From the NCBI GenBank assembly GCA_963765495.1, contig CAVXWP010000009.1, forward strand, positions 608,001 through 672,000: a stretch of DNA of 64,000 bases. The letters run 5' to 3'. The notes under the pieces are model-generated. The model worked only from the letters and a program-made list of their open reading frames with translations. It did not search any database and was not told the origin of the DNA. Numbering within the stretch: position 1 is the first letter of the stretch; each line of letters opens with the position of its first letter. A program made the position numbers and the translations under genes. This document shows, piece after piece, positions 9,632 to 18,715 of this stretch. Source of the stretch: Blastocatellia bacterium (GTDB taxonomy: Bacteria; Acidobacteriota; Blastocatellia; UBA7656).

Positions 9632-10036
9632 TTAAAGCCATTTGGTTATTATCACGGTAGTTCCCTTGCCTGCTTCGGATTCAATCTTGAAATCATCAAC
9701 CAGCCGGCGCGAGCCGGGAAGCCCTTTGCCAAGACCCCGGCTCGTGGTGTAGCCGTCTGTCATCGCCAGATTGATGTCGGATATACCCGGTCCCTGATCG
9801 CTAAAACTCACCTGCAACCCTCGGCGGCTCCCGTCTCTGACCCGGGTTACTTCCACGTGGCCGCGTTCGGCATAGAGCCTTATGTTGCGGGCCAGTTCGC
9901 TTGCAGCCGTCACCAGTCGGACCTGATCCACCTGATTGAATCCCAATCGAATCGCTGCGTCCCGCACGAGTGCGCGGACTCTAACCAGATCGTCATTTGT
10001 TTCTACGGATACTCGGTTAGCTTCCGGCTGCTGCAT
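9632..10036 (-). CDS. rsbT: Anti-sigma regulatory Ser/Thr kinase RsbT
   Basis: TAASELARNI, DQGPGI, DGYTTSRGLGKGLPGSRRLVD. Confidence 0.93.
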   Translation of the reverse strand: MQQPEANRVSVETNDDLVRVRALVRDAAIRLGFNQVDQVRLVTAASELARNIRLYAERGHVEVTRVRDGSRRGLQVSFSDQGPGISDINLAMTDGYTTSRGLGKGLPGSRRLVDDFKIESEAGKGTTVIITKWL

Positions 10037-10436
10037 GCCCGTCCGTGCCCAGAACGCGTCTTCGTTGCCGCTCTTTTATGCGATCTTTCAGGATTCTGAG
10101 TCCGTCATCAACATCGAGAGCCGTCGAGACCCCCTTCAATTCCAGACCCAGTTCGACAAGCGTGATCGCAACGGCGGGCTGAATGCCTACGACTACCGTC
10201 TCTGCATCCATGATCGAAGCCATCGAGGCGATGTCGGAAAGCATCCGCCCCGTAAACGAGTCAACCATCTCAAGCAGAGAGATGTCTATGAGGACCGCCC
10301 GCGCGTTTGTGGTCTCGATTTGCGAGAGCACCCGTTGCTGTAATTCGACCACGGTCCGGTCGTCGATGTCGGATTGAATCGAGACGAGCAACACGTCGCC
10401 GACTTTAAGGATGGGCACTTTGTACGCGCTCATCAA
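10017..10436 (-). CDS. rsbS: STAS protein RsbS
   Basis: VPILK, LIDIS..MVDSF, GIQPAVAITLVELG. Confidence 0.93.
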   Translation of the reverse strand: MMSAYKVPILKVGDVLLVSIQSDIDDRTVVELQQRVLSQIETTNARAVLIDISLLEMVDSFTGRMLSDIASMASIMDAETVVVGIQPAVAITLVELGLELKGVSTALDVDDGLRILKDRIKERQRRRVLGTDGHAAAGS

Positions 10437-11355
10437 ACTCTCCTCCCTCTCCGGTATTTTCCTGTTCTCCGACCGCGTTTATCGGCACAACCTTCTGGCG
10501 CGTCAACTCAAAAGCGAGCCGGATGCCGTCAGAGAGTTGATTGCGGGTGATAATGCCAGCCAGGTCTATGCCGAGGTGGACTATAGTTTGAGCTATCGAC
10601 GGGCCTACGCCTGTAATTATGCAGGTCGAGCCGAGAAGGCGGACGGCAGTAACGGTCTTTATCAGATAATTGGCTACCTGAGTGTCGACCGTGGGCACAC
10701 CCGTAATATCGAGAATCGCTACTTCGGCCCGCGAGCGCACTATGCGTTCGAGCAATCGCTCCATCATCAATTGAGTGCGGCGGCTGTCGAGCGTGCCTAT
10801 GAGCGGCAAACAGATTATCCGGTCCCAGATCTGGACGACCGGCGTAGAGAGTTCAAGCATATCCTGTTGCTGTTGACGAATCACACGCTCGCGGTTCTTG
10901 ATGGTTGAAACGAAGATAAATGATCCGAGTTTATCAAGCGCCTTCGACAGTTTGTTTACTTCTTCAAGCAGCAACTCGGGATCGTCGCCATATTCATCGC
11001 GCAGAAAGGGGATGAGCGTCTCTTTGAGGCTGAAGACATAAAAAGCGGTTTCGGAAGGAGAGAATGCCTGAGCCGCGCGCGCCTCTGACAGATCGAGCAG
11101 GAGCCGACGGATGGCGTTGTATTCTTTGCCGCGCATCTCGTCTACGTTGGAGTTTGCAGCCGCCGTGACAAAGGCGCGCAGGAAGGTCTGGGAATCGGCG
11201 CGCAACTCCTCGCCCGATATCAGCGTCTCTCGAAAGTCTGACGAGTTGATGCGGTTCTCGATCCAGGCTTCCTGTATTTCATTCTCCTTTTCGGTGAGTA
11301 CTTTGATGGTTCGCGGGTTTGGCGCGCCACTCGAACTGGCGTTGTCTGATGACAA
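10405..11355 (-). CDS. rsbR: Stressosome scaffold/sensor RsbR (N-terminal sensory domain + STAS)
   Basis: ELSTPV, LPLIGTLDSRRTQ, DITGVPTVDT; AAGGAGG RBS before a TTG start. Confidence 0.92.
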   Translation of the reverse strand: MSSDNASSSGAPNPRTIKVLTEKENEIQEAWIENRINSSDFRETLISGEELRADSQTFLRAFVTAAANSNVDEMRGKEYNAIRRLLLDLSEARAAQAFSPSETAFYVFSLKETLIPFLRDEYGDDPELLLEEVNKLSKALDKLGSFIFVSTIKNRERVIRQQQQDMLELSTPVVQIWDRIICLPLIGTLDSRRTQLMMERLLERIVRSRAEVAILDITGVPTVDTQVANYLIKTVTAVRLLGSTCIITGVGPSIAQTIVHLGIDLAGIITRNQLSDGIRLAFELTRQKVVPINAVGEQENTGEGGEFDERVQSAHP

Positions 11356-11371
11356 GACTCTTATCCTCCTT

Positions 11372-11405
11372 AGCTGTAAAGCATCCTCAGCTGTAAAGCA
11401 TCCTC
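11372..11405. repeat. Perfect 17-bp tandem duplication upstream of the rsbR RBS
   Basis: AGCTGTAAAGCATCCTC x2. Confidence 0.85.
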
Positions 11406-11663
11406 AGGCGATATATTTAATTACCACGAGAAAAGCGCCCCTGCAATCAGAGTGAAGATGGATGGTTTGCCGGACAGGATGCGGGATGATTATTTTCGGT
11501 ACGACGGATTTTACGATTTGTACCGATACCATCCTCAGCGCCACACCATCATTCTAACAAAGAAATACCCGATCAGGAATGCGAGAGAGCTTTTCCCCGT
11601 AAAATTCGCCGGACAGGTGTCCCGCCTACATCAATCGAGATCGCGCCCGCAGACAGAAAGCTC

Positions 11664-11678
11664 TGGCACGATTCTTGT
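11664..11678 (+). promoter_or_regulatory. Probable sigma-54 promoter upstream of csbD
   Basis: TGGCAC-GATTC-TTGT, one mismatch to the -24/-12 consensus TGGCAC-N5-TTGC. Confidence 0.55.
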
Positions 11679-11767
11679 ACTTATCAACAGATGGTAGAGA
11701 CGCCGGAACAGGCTCTAGTGGCTGGTTTCGGGTCATCATTTAAGATTCTTACAAGGAGGGTATTTGA

Positions 11768-11980
11768 ATGGGTATGCCAAACAAAGACGAGATGGAAGGA
11801 AAATTCGACCAGGCCAAAGGCTCGGTCAAAGAGAATATCGGTCGCGCTATTGATGACCCTGATATGGTTCAGGAAGGCCAGGCTGACAGAGCCGGAGGCA
11901 ACATTCAAGAAGGCTATGGCAAGACCAAGAGGAAGATAGGCGAGACCATAGAAGACATTGGCGAGGAAGTAAAGCGTTAG
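11768..11980 (+). CDS. csbD: CsbD family general stress protein
   Basis: DEMEGKFDQAKGSVKENIG...EGQAD...G pattern; AAGGAGG RBS. Confidence 0.9.
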   Translation: MGMPNKDEMEGKFDQAKGSVKENIGRAIDDPDMVQEGQADRAGGNIQEGYGKTKRKIGETIEDIGEEVKR

Positions 11981-12018
11981 CTTTGAGGCTTCCTCAACTG
12001 AAATTGATCAATCAAAGG

Positions 12019-12061
12019 AAAAGTGAGGCCGGGCCAGATGATTGCCCGGCCTCACTTTTTT
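12019..12061. terminator. Intrinsic (probably bidirectional) terminator
   Basis: AAAAGTGAGGCCGGGC...GCCCGGCCTCACTTTTT between convergent genes. Confidence 0.85.
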
Positions 12062-12062
12062 C

Positions 12063-12143
12063 TGATCCGTGATCCGTGATCTTCAGACAGGTCGCCTGTC
12101 AAAGACAAGCAGCAAGACTGCTAAATCACGCATCACGCATCAC
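12063..12143 (-). repeat. (GTGATGC)n-core-(TCACGCA)n dispersed element, copy 1 (inverted orientation)
   Basis: Core is similar to the copies at 14435 and 28501. Confidence 0.75.
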
Positions 12144-13048
12144 TATTCGCGCTTCTCTTCGTCCTTCGACGAGCCAAACGCCTGAGAGAAAAATCCTTTC
12201 AAGCTGCGGCCGAGCCCGGCCGGCTGGTCGCCGCTGCGAACGACCAGCACAGGGCACTCGGCGCGATTGACGATCTCGCGTGTGATGTTTCCCATGATGT
12301 AAGTTCTGAGCGTCCCCCGGTCGGGCGAAGAGCCGGTAACGACAAGATCATAATCGCCCCGGCGTATCTCTTTGAATATCTCGCTGATCACAAGCCCGTG
12401 GCGCAGGCGCACTTCGTTATCCACGCCCATTATTTCGAGCACTTCCTTCTCGCGCCGCAGGTTCTGTCCCAGACCCGAGTTTGAATGAAGCAGGAGATTT
12501 ATATCCTCCTCCATCTTTATCAAATCCGAATAGATCGGAGGCGGTTCGGCCATGACGTGAAAGACGGTCATCATGGCCGAGGTCGCCCGCGCTATCTCGC
12601 CCGTGAACTCTACGGCGCGGTCAATATATTTTTCGCCGCCGCTGCAAAGCAGCACCCGCTTGAGTTCCGTGCGGTTTCCTATGACCACAAGCACCGGCGG
12701 AGTCACGGCCTTGATTATCTTGTATGCCTTTGCCGACATCAGAAACGGCCCGCGCGTCCCCTTGCGCACCGCGCCGATCACGACCAGATCATACTCGGTC
12801 CCTTCCGTGCGTTTCACGATTTCCGGCAGAGGCTCGCCGGCCTTGGTTATCAATTCCGCGCTGAGTCCTCTCTGCTTGAGCATCTGTTGGCTTCGTCTGA
12901 GAGAATCGAAAATCTCGTCTTCCTGACCGGGATGTTCCGTGATGCCGAGTATAGTGGTTTCCGCCTGACACGCTTCGGCGATGATTCCGGCGAAGCGCGC
13001 CGCATTTTCTGCCTGACTCGATCCGTCGCTACATATTAATATTTTCAT
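12143..13048 (-). CDS. Universal stress protein (tandem USP domains)
   Basis: KILICSDGS start, DLVVIG / DLVVTG, CPVLVV. Confidence 0.92.
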   Translation of the reverse strand: MKILICSDGSSQAENAARFAGIIAEACQAETTILGITEHPGQEDEIFDSLRRSQQMLKQRGLSAELITKAGEPLPEIVKRTEGTEYDLVVIGAVRKGTRGPFLMSAKAYKIIKAVTPPVLVVIGNRTELKRVLLCSGGEKYIDRAVEFTGEIARATSAMMTVFHVMAEPPPIYSDLIKMEEDINLLLHSNSGLGQNLRREKEVLEIMGVDNEVRLRHGLVISEIFKEIRRGDYDLVVTGSSPDRGTLRTYIMGNITREIVNRAECPVLVVRSGDQPAGLGRSLKGFFSQAFGSSKDEEKRE

Positions 13049-13073
13049 CTCGGATTGTTCGCCCCGTTTCCCA

Positions 13074-14018
13074 TTACTTCAAATGATGTCCCGTCAGCAG
13101 GCTGTAGAGCAGTACGGCTGCGCCGATGAGCGGCAACGGCACAAAGGCCAGCCTTATCTTCGGCCCGGCAAAATACTGCGTGGATGAGGCCCCTATCTGT
13201 GCGCCAATGGCCGCTCCCGTTTGCATGACGAGCGCTATCAACACGTCTACGTTCCCTTTGATCGCATGAGTGAATGTGCCGTAACTCGCCGATATTACAA
13301 TCTCGAAGAGGTCGGTCCCGACCGCGATGTGCGTGGGAATGCCCAGCAAATATACCATCGAAGGCATACGGATGTAACCCGCCCCTCCGCCCAGGAAGCC
13401 GCTGAACACACCGCCGACATAGGACACGATCAGGATTACCCATACCGAAATTCGTTCGATGCCCGAGGCGGGAAGGCTTATCATCGGGGGGAGATTTATT
13501 TTATGAATCCTGCTTGCAATATGGCCGAACGCCGATTCGTCTTCACCGGGTTCGAGCTTTTTGAGGTAGATGCCGGATCGCTCGGCTTCGGCTTCGCGCT
13601 CGCGTTGCATCTTGATGGTCTGCCAGCTTTCCCATCCGACAAAGGCCGAAATCAGGATGAGAACGATGATAAAGGCTATACCCACGATAAAATCAATATC
13701 GGCCGTGCGTTTGAGATACTCTATCCCCTGCGCGCCGGTCTCGACCCCGGCCACGGTGCCCAGGACCATGAACATGCCCAGTTTGAGGTCTACATTGCCA
13801 AGAGCGCGATGCTTCTTTGCGGCCACGATAGATTTGCCGACGATGTGCGCCAGATCGGTCCCAACCACGAAATTCATTGGAACGCCCACGGCAAACAGCG
13901 CCGGTCCAGCCAGAAAGCTTCCCCCGACCCCGAAAAACCCTCCCAACAGACCGATCAGAAAACCGATCACTATAAGGTAGGCAGGGTTGATATGCTGGCC
14001 GGAAATCAGGAAATCCAT
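13074..14018 (-). CDS. Sulfite exporter TauE/SafE family protein
   Basis: GGFFGVGG...P, AVGTDL repeats, multi-TM. Confidence 0.9.
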   Translation of the reverse strand: MDFLISGQHINPAYLIVIGFLIGLLGGFFGVGGSFLAGPALFAVGVPMNFVVGTDLAHIVGKSIVAAKKHRALGNVDLKLGMFMVLGTVAGVETGAQGIEYLKRTADIDFIVGIAFIIVLILISAFVGWESWQTIKMQREREAEAERSGIYLKKLEPGEDESAFGHIASRIHKINLPPMISLPASGIERISVWVILIVSYVGGVFSGFLGGGAGYIRMPSMVYLLGIPTHIAVGTDLFEIVISASYGTFTHAIKGNVDVLIALVMQTGAAIGAQIGASSTQYFAGPKIRLAFVPLPLIGAAVLLYSLLTGHHLK

Positions 14019-14028
14019 TTGCGCTCCA

Positions 14029-14271
14029 TTATTCGGTCCTTGATCTGATCAGCTTCAACAAGAGAGTAGTCACCATCTCAAGCACCACCGCCTGACCTAT
14101 AATCAGCGCCAGCGCCGCGACGGCATACTCCCGCTTGCTATTTTCGAAGAGATGCTTCAGCCAGCCCACGAGAAAATAGAGCACGAAATAGACATACAGG
14201 CTTACCAGCAGCGAATAAACCGCCAGTTCGATAAGAAAAGACCTGAATGGATGGGAAGGTTTCTTGCCCAC
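14029..14271 (-). CDS. Small membrane protein
   Basis: Two hydrophobic helices; co-oriented 10 nt upstream of the TauE gene. Confidence 0.65.
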   Translation of the reverse strand: MGKKPSHPFRSFLIELAVYSLLVSLYVYFVLYFLVGWLKHLFENSKREYAVAALALIIGQAVVLEMVTTLLLKLIRSRTE

Positions 14272-14434
14272 AGTTCACCGATGTCCTCTTCGACTCTCTT
14301 CGCAATATTTCGATTGTTCCAGCGCCTGCTACAGACGCCCCGATTTGCCGGTTAGGCACAGATCATACAACAAAGCATATGGAATTGGCACGAGTGAATC
14401 CAAAAACTGATACGTGGTGCGCGTTGCGTGAAGA

Positions 14435-14515
14435 GTGATGCGTGATCCGTGATTTACCAGACTTGCAGTCTGTCTTTAACAAGGGATTGCCTGAAAGTCA
14501 CGCATCACGCATCAC
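14435..14515 (+). repeat. (GTGATGC)n-core-(TCACGCA)n dispersed element, copy 2
   Basis: Core GTGATTTACCAGACTTGCAGTCTGTCTTTAACAAGGGATTGCCTGAAAGTCAC is near-identical to the copy at 28501. Confidence 0.85.
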
Positions 14516-14523
14516 CTACCTGT

Positions 14524-16443
14524 CTACCTGAGGTCGTCTACATTATTTTGAGAAGGCACTTTCTCGACCTGCGGCGGGTCTTTCTTTTTTGGCTGATTCG
14601 AATTTACGGGTTTGTCGCCGCCCTTTACGGGGTCCATAACAGGAGGCTGGCTGCGCCGATTTGTATTGGCATTCTCTTGATTCTTCTTGTCAGCCTTATC
14701 CGCATCCTCGCTCTTGGTTCCTTCCTCATCGGTCGCTTCGGCATCCGAATCGGCCTTGTCAGACGTTTCTACATTCGCATTGGCCGGAGGCGGCGATACG
14801 GTCGAACTCGAAATTGGAGGAGAACTCGAAGAATTACTCGTCCCCTGCGCCTCGACTGCCGCGCGCGCCTGATTGGAAATGTCCTCGGCTCTCTCCTGAT
14901 ACCGCTCGGCTTTCGCTATGACCTGAGGGTCGTTATTGCCTACCTCTTGATACGCTCGCAATTCGCCCTGCCACTGCGCGAGTTGAGGCAGGTAATTGCG
15001 CAAAGAGTTATCTCTTGGCAGCGAGTCAACCCGCGCCATGGCATCCGTTATAGCCTGTTGCGCGTCGATTATAGGATCGCCCGATGAGCGAGGGCCAAAT
15101 AGCCGATCTCCAAACATTATGTAGACCGCTGCGCCCCCCACAAGCACCACGAGGGCTACGACGGCGATTATCCAGCCCGAACTGCTGCCCTGTCTGTACT
15201 CGCGTCGAGAGACATAAGAGACGCCTCGCGCAGGCGTGGCATAAGGCACGGTATTGGCTTCCTCTATCAACCCGCCGCTTTGATTTGAAAGCTGAGAGGC
15301 TGTGTCTGGCGGATTGATGTATCGAGTTTCAAGACGCTGATTTGCTGCCGGAACGGGGGTGACAATTGCGGACGTCTCTGACCGTTTGCGCACAATCGTC
15401 GCCTCGCCGTCGAGGTCGTCTTCCTCTGCCTGCTCGGACAAAGGCTTCTCTGCGCCAATCGGAACGCTTATGCGGGAGTAGGCGTTGCCGCGCTCTGCGC
15501 GCGCAGGCTGCCCAAGCCCTGCCGAGGCATCGAATTCCTGAGACAGTTCGCCCGCGCTCTGCGGACGTCGGGCCGGGTCTTTGTCTAGAGCCTTCATCAC
15601 TACTGCTTCGATTTCGGCGGGCAGATTAGGATTTCTCTCTCTCAGGGGCGGAGGCGGCTCTGAGGCGTGAGCCATCAGGAGCCGGGTCGAAGAGTTTCCG
15701 TCAAAGGGCGCTTCGCCCGACAGCATTTCGTAGAGGACTACGCCGAGAGAGTATATATCGCTGCGGGCGTCCACGGGTCTCTCATCGCACTGCTCGGGGG
15801 ACATATAACGCGGCGTGCCGACGATGAAGTGAGCGCCCGTGAGCGCGCCGCGACGGTTCAGGTCTTCCTGTATCTTGGCTACGCCAAAATCGACAAGCTT
15901 GACCCATTCGTTTCCGTCGTATTCGGTCACGAGTATGTTATCGGGTTTGATGTCGCGGTGGACCACGCCTTCGGCGTGCGCGGCATCGAGCGCGCTTGAT
16001 GCCTGGCGGAGAATATTTGAGGCTCGCTCTATTGAAAAGGCCCCGTCTTTGCGGAGCATTTCGCCAAGCGTCTGACCGTTTATAAGCTCCATCACTATGA
16101 ATGGGGTGCCGTCTTCAATACCATAATCGGTTACGTTGATGGCGTGTGGATGATGAATGCGACTGGCGGCGCGCGCCTCCTGCTCGAACCGCTCGGCGAT
16201 CTTGGGATCGACCGCAAGCTCCGGCCTCAGAACCTTCACGGCTACCCGCTTGTCCATAGCAATGTGACGCCCGCTGTAAACATCGCACATACCGCCTGAG
16301 CCGAGGTGCTCTTCAAGCAGGTATTTATCGGCGAAAGTAGCGCCGACCAGCCTGCCGCTTGTGCCTAAGAGTTGCCTGCCGCATTCCGCACAGTGTTCGT
16401 CCGCTTCTGGAACGGTCGAACCACATCCCGTACAAGTTTTCAT
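14524..16443 (-). CDS. Hanks-type Ser/Thr protein kinase with TM and extracytoplasmic tail
   Basis: N-terminal CxxC...CxxC, GSGGM, VAVK, HRDIKPDN, DFG, GTPRYMSPEQ; start MKTC with AAGGTGG RBS. Confidence 0.93.
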   Translation of the reverse strand: MKTCTGCGSTVPEADEHCAECGRQLLGTSGRLVGATFADKYLLEEHLGSGGMCDVYSGRHIAMDKRVAVKVLRPELAVDPKIAERFEQEARAASRIHHPHAINVTDYGIEDGTPFIVMELINGQTLGEMLRKDGAFSIERASNILRQASSALDAAHAEGVVHRDIKPDNILVTEYDGNEWVKLVDFGVAKIQEDLNRRGALTGAHFIVGTPRYMSPEQCDERPVDARSDIYSLGVVLYEMLSGEAPFDGNSSTRLLMAHASEPPPPLRERNPNLPAEIEAVVMKALDKDPARRPQSAGELSQEFDASAGLGQPARAERGNAYSRISVPIGAEKPLSEQAEEDDLDGEATIVRKRSETSAIVTPVPAANQRLETRYINPPDTASQLSNQSGGLIEEANTVPYATPARGVSYVSRREYRQGSSSGWIIAVVALVVLVGGAAVYIMFGDRLFGPRSSGDPIIDAQQAITDAMARVDSLPRDNSLRNYLPQLAQWQGELRAYQEVGNNDPQVIAKAERYQERAEDISNQARAAVEAQGTSNSSSSPPISSSTVSPPPANANVETSDKADSDAEATDEEGTKSEDADKADKKNQENANTNRRSQPPVMDPVKGGDKPVNSNQPKKKDPPQVEKVPSQNNVDDLR

Positions 16444-16471
16444 TTCATCCACCTTTAAGAAACAGATGGCT

Positions 16472-16667
16472 GTAGGCAGCAGGCAGCAGGCAGTTAATAG
16501 TTCTGGAATCACCAAAACCATAACAGCCTGCCGTCTGAATCTCTCTCGTCGCTAACTCCATTGACTTATGCCTTCAGCCTTTTGCTCTCGTATCATTTTA
16601 CCTTCTGCATATTCTGTCACCGCATTTATTTGCATATTCCGTACCGCTTGCTGCCTACTGCATACTG
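16472..16667. repeat. Degenerate inverted heptamer array (AGGCAGC)n...(CTGCCTA/CTGCCTT)n
   Basis: AGGCAGCAGGCAGCAGGCAG and complementary degenerate units at 16570-16667. Confidence 0.55.
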
Positions 16668-16669
16668 TA

Positions 16670-18037
16670 TTACATAAACTCAGAGAGGTTGTACTTTCTG
16701 ATCTTGCTGTAAAGGCGGGGCCGGTAGATACCCAGAGCAGTCGCCGCCGCCTGTTTATTGCCTTTTGTTCGCTGGAGCGTCTGATAGATCACTTCGCGTT
16801 CGATATCTTCCAGCTTCATATTTGGCGGCACGAGGAATTCCTTGCTCGGAGAGGCAGGCGCTTCTGTGGCGGTAAACGGCAGATCGGTTGCCTCTATCCG
16901 GTCGCTCTTTGACAGCAGGACTGCTCGCTCGATGGCCGATTCCAGTTCGCGCACGTTCCCCGGCCAGTGATAATTGTACATCACGTTTGTGGCCGATTGC
17001 GAAAATCCCTTGAGCGGCTTTGTATACTTGTCGGCAAACAATCTCAGGAAGTGATCGGCGAGCAGTTGAATGTCATCCGTGCGATCTCTGAGCGGCGGCA
17101 CCTCGATGGTAATCGTAGAGATTCTATAATAAAGGTCTTCGCGCAAAGAGCCGTCCCGAACCGCCTCGGGCGGGTTGCGATTCGTGGCGCAAATCAGGCG
17201 GAAATCGACTTCAATAGGCCGTTCACTGCCCAGCCTGTAATACTTGCGCTCCTGCAAAGCCCTGAGCAGTTTCGGTTGCAGTTCAAGCGGCATCTCGGCT
17301 ATCTCGTCAAGTAAGAGCGAGCCGCCGTTTGCCCTCGCGATCAGACCTTCCTTGTCCCGGGCCGCGCCGGTAAAGGCTCCCTTCGTGTGCCCGAACAATT
17401 CGGATTCGATCAACTCTTTGGGCAGGGCCGCGCAGTTGACCTTTACAAACGGGCCTTTCTCGCGGTGCGAGTTGTAGTGAATCGCGTTGCCGATCAACTC
17501 TTTACCCGTGCCCGACTCTCCGACGATCAATATGTTGGCATCGCTTTTGGCTACGGCCTCGATCATCTCAAAGATGTTCTGCATGGGTTTGGAACGGCCC
17601 ACTATGTCACCATAAGTCGTGCGTTGTCTGAGAGTGCGCCTCAACTCTTCGCCCTGCTCGATCAGCGACTTGCGCTCAAGCGCCCGCTCGATTAGCAATT
17701 GCAGTTCATCGAATTCAAAAGGCTTTTCAACAAAGTGAAAAGCCCCGGCCTTTGTGGCTTCGACCGCATTTGAAACCGACCCGTAGCCGCTTATGATTAT
17801 CACCTCGATTGAGGGACGATTCTCTTTCAACTTCTTCAGCACGGCAGTGCCGGCCATGTCGGGAAGTTGAAGGTCGCAAAGAACCAGATCGTAATCCTGA
17901 TTTTCAAACAGGGCCAGACCCTCTTCGCCGGTCTTGGCCGTTGAAACGGAAAAACCCGTTTGCTCAAGGTTGAGTCTCAGGGCGTCGAGTATATGCTCTT
18001 CATCATCGATAACTAGAATATTGAATCTTGCCTTCAC
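16670..18037 (-). CDS. Sigma-54-dependent response regulator (NtrC family)
   Basis: REC domain, [22 protein letters not shown], Fis-type HTH. Confidence 0.95.
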   Translation of the reverse strand: MKARFNILVIDDEEHILDALRLNLEQTGFSVSTAKTGEEGLALFENQDYDLVLCDLQLPDMAGTAVLKKLKENRPSIEVIIISGYGSVSNAVEATKAGAFHFVEKPFEFDELQLLIERALERKSLIEQGEELRRTLRQRTTYGDIVGRSKPMQNIFEMIEAVAKSDANILIVGESGTGKELIGNAIHYNSHREKGPFVKVNCAALPKELIESELFGHTKGAFTGAARDKEGLIARANGGSLLLDEIAEMPLELQPKLLRALQERKYYRLGSERPIEVDFRLICATNRNPPEAVRDGSLREDLYYRISTITIEVPPLRDRTDDIQLLADHFLRLFADKYTKPLKGFSQSATNVMYNYHWPGNVRELESAIERAVLLSKSDRIEATDLPFTATEAPASPSKEFLVPPNMKLEDIEREVIYQTLQRTKGNKQAAATALGIYRPRLYSKIRKYNLSEFM

Positions 18038-18600
18038 TGCGCTTCTCCTCTGCGAATTTTAGCCAGGTGCTCTATGAGCACATCAATACCTTTCAACATC
18101 TTTTCAACCGTCCTTAGCTCGTCCCCTTCGGTCAATTTTCTCTTCAGGAATGTAGCGTAGAGTTTTAGCCCGCCCAGATGGTTCTTTACATCGTGCCACT
18201 GTTCACGAGTAACCAGCGAATCGCCCTCGCCGACGGCGCAGACCATTCCGCCCACACCGCCGGGAAATAACTGAATGGCGTACTCTTGAATCTCGCTGTC
18301 GCTTTGCAAACTCTCAAGTCTTACAACCATCGCCCTTTTGCAGTCTCTCGATTCGTCGAGACAGAGTTCGGCGCTATGAGTTGGAAGCCTTCGAGCCTCG
18401 CTCATCTGTTCGGATAACCATTTGGTCAGCTTCGACTCGGAGCCGAACAGCTCCGCAAAATGCATCTGCTTGTGTCCCGCGCCCACAAGCCCGTTGTATG
18501 CCGCGCCCGAGGATGTGGCCTTGATTCTGCCGCCTGCATCACATATCAAGAGCGTGGTCGCGTCATCCGGCGGAGTCCAGCCCTGTTCTGCTTTACTCAT
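18034..18600 (-). CDS. Hypothetical protein (PAS-like start, HisKA-like HDVKNHL helix, no HATPase)
   Basis: Overlaps the start of the NtrC gene by 4 nt; WHDVKNHLGGLKLY resembles an H-box. Confidence 0.65.
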   Translation of the reverse strand: MSKAEQGWTPPDDATTLLICDAGGRIKATSSGAAYNGLVGAGHKQMHFAELFGSESKLTKWLSEQMSEARRLPTHSAELCLDESRDCKRAMVVRLESLQSDSEIQEYAIQLFPGGVGGMVCAVGEGDSLVTREQWHDVKNHLGGLKLYATFLKRKLTEGDELRTVEKMLKGIDVLIEHLAKIRRGEAQ

Positions 18601-18671
18601 AACTCTGCTTCCAATCGTGCTTCGATCAGCCCGGGGCTGAATAGTCGGATTCTCTAATATCCAAAGGTTAA

Positions 18672-18699
18672 GGCGGAAGGAACCGAGATTCCTTCCGCC
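18672..18699. terminator. Stem-loop downstream of 18716-20332
   Basis: GGCGGAAGGAA...TTCCTTCCGCC. Confidence 0.55.
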
Positions 18700-18715
18700 G
18701 GTTCTCAGTCGTCTC

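Noticed and set aside
16444-16521. N-terminal extensions given by the ORF track for the kinase (and 9561-9611 for the RsbX-like gene)
   Set aside because: They translate heptamer repeat arrays; better starts lie downstream
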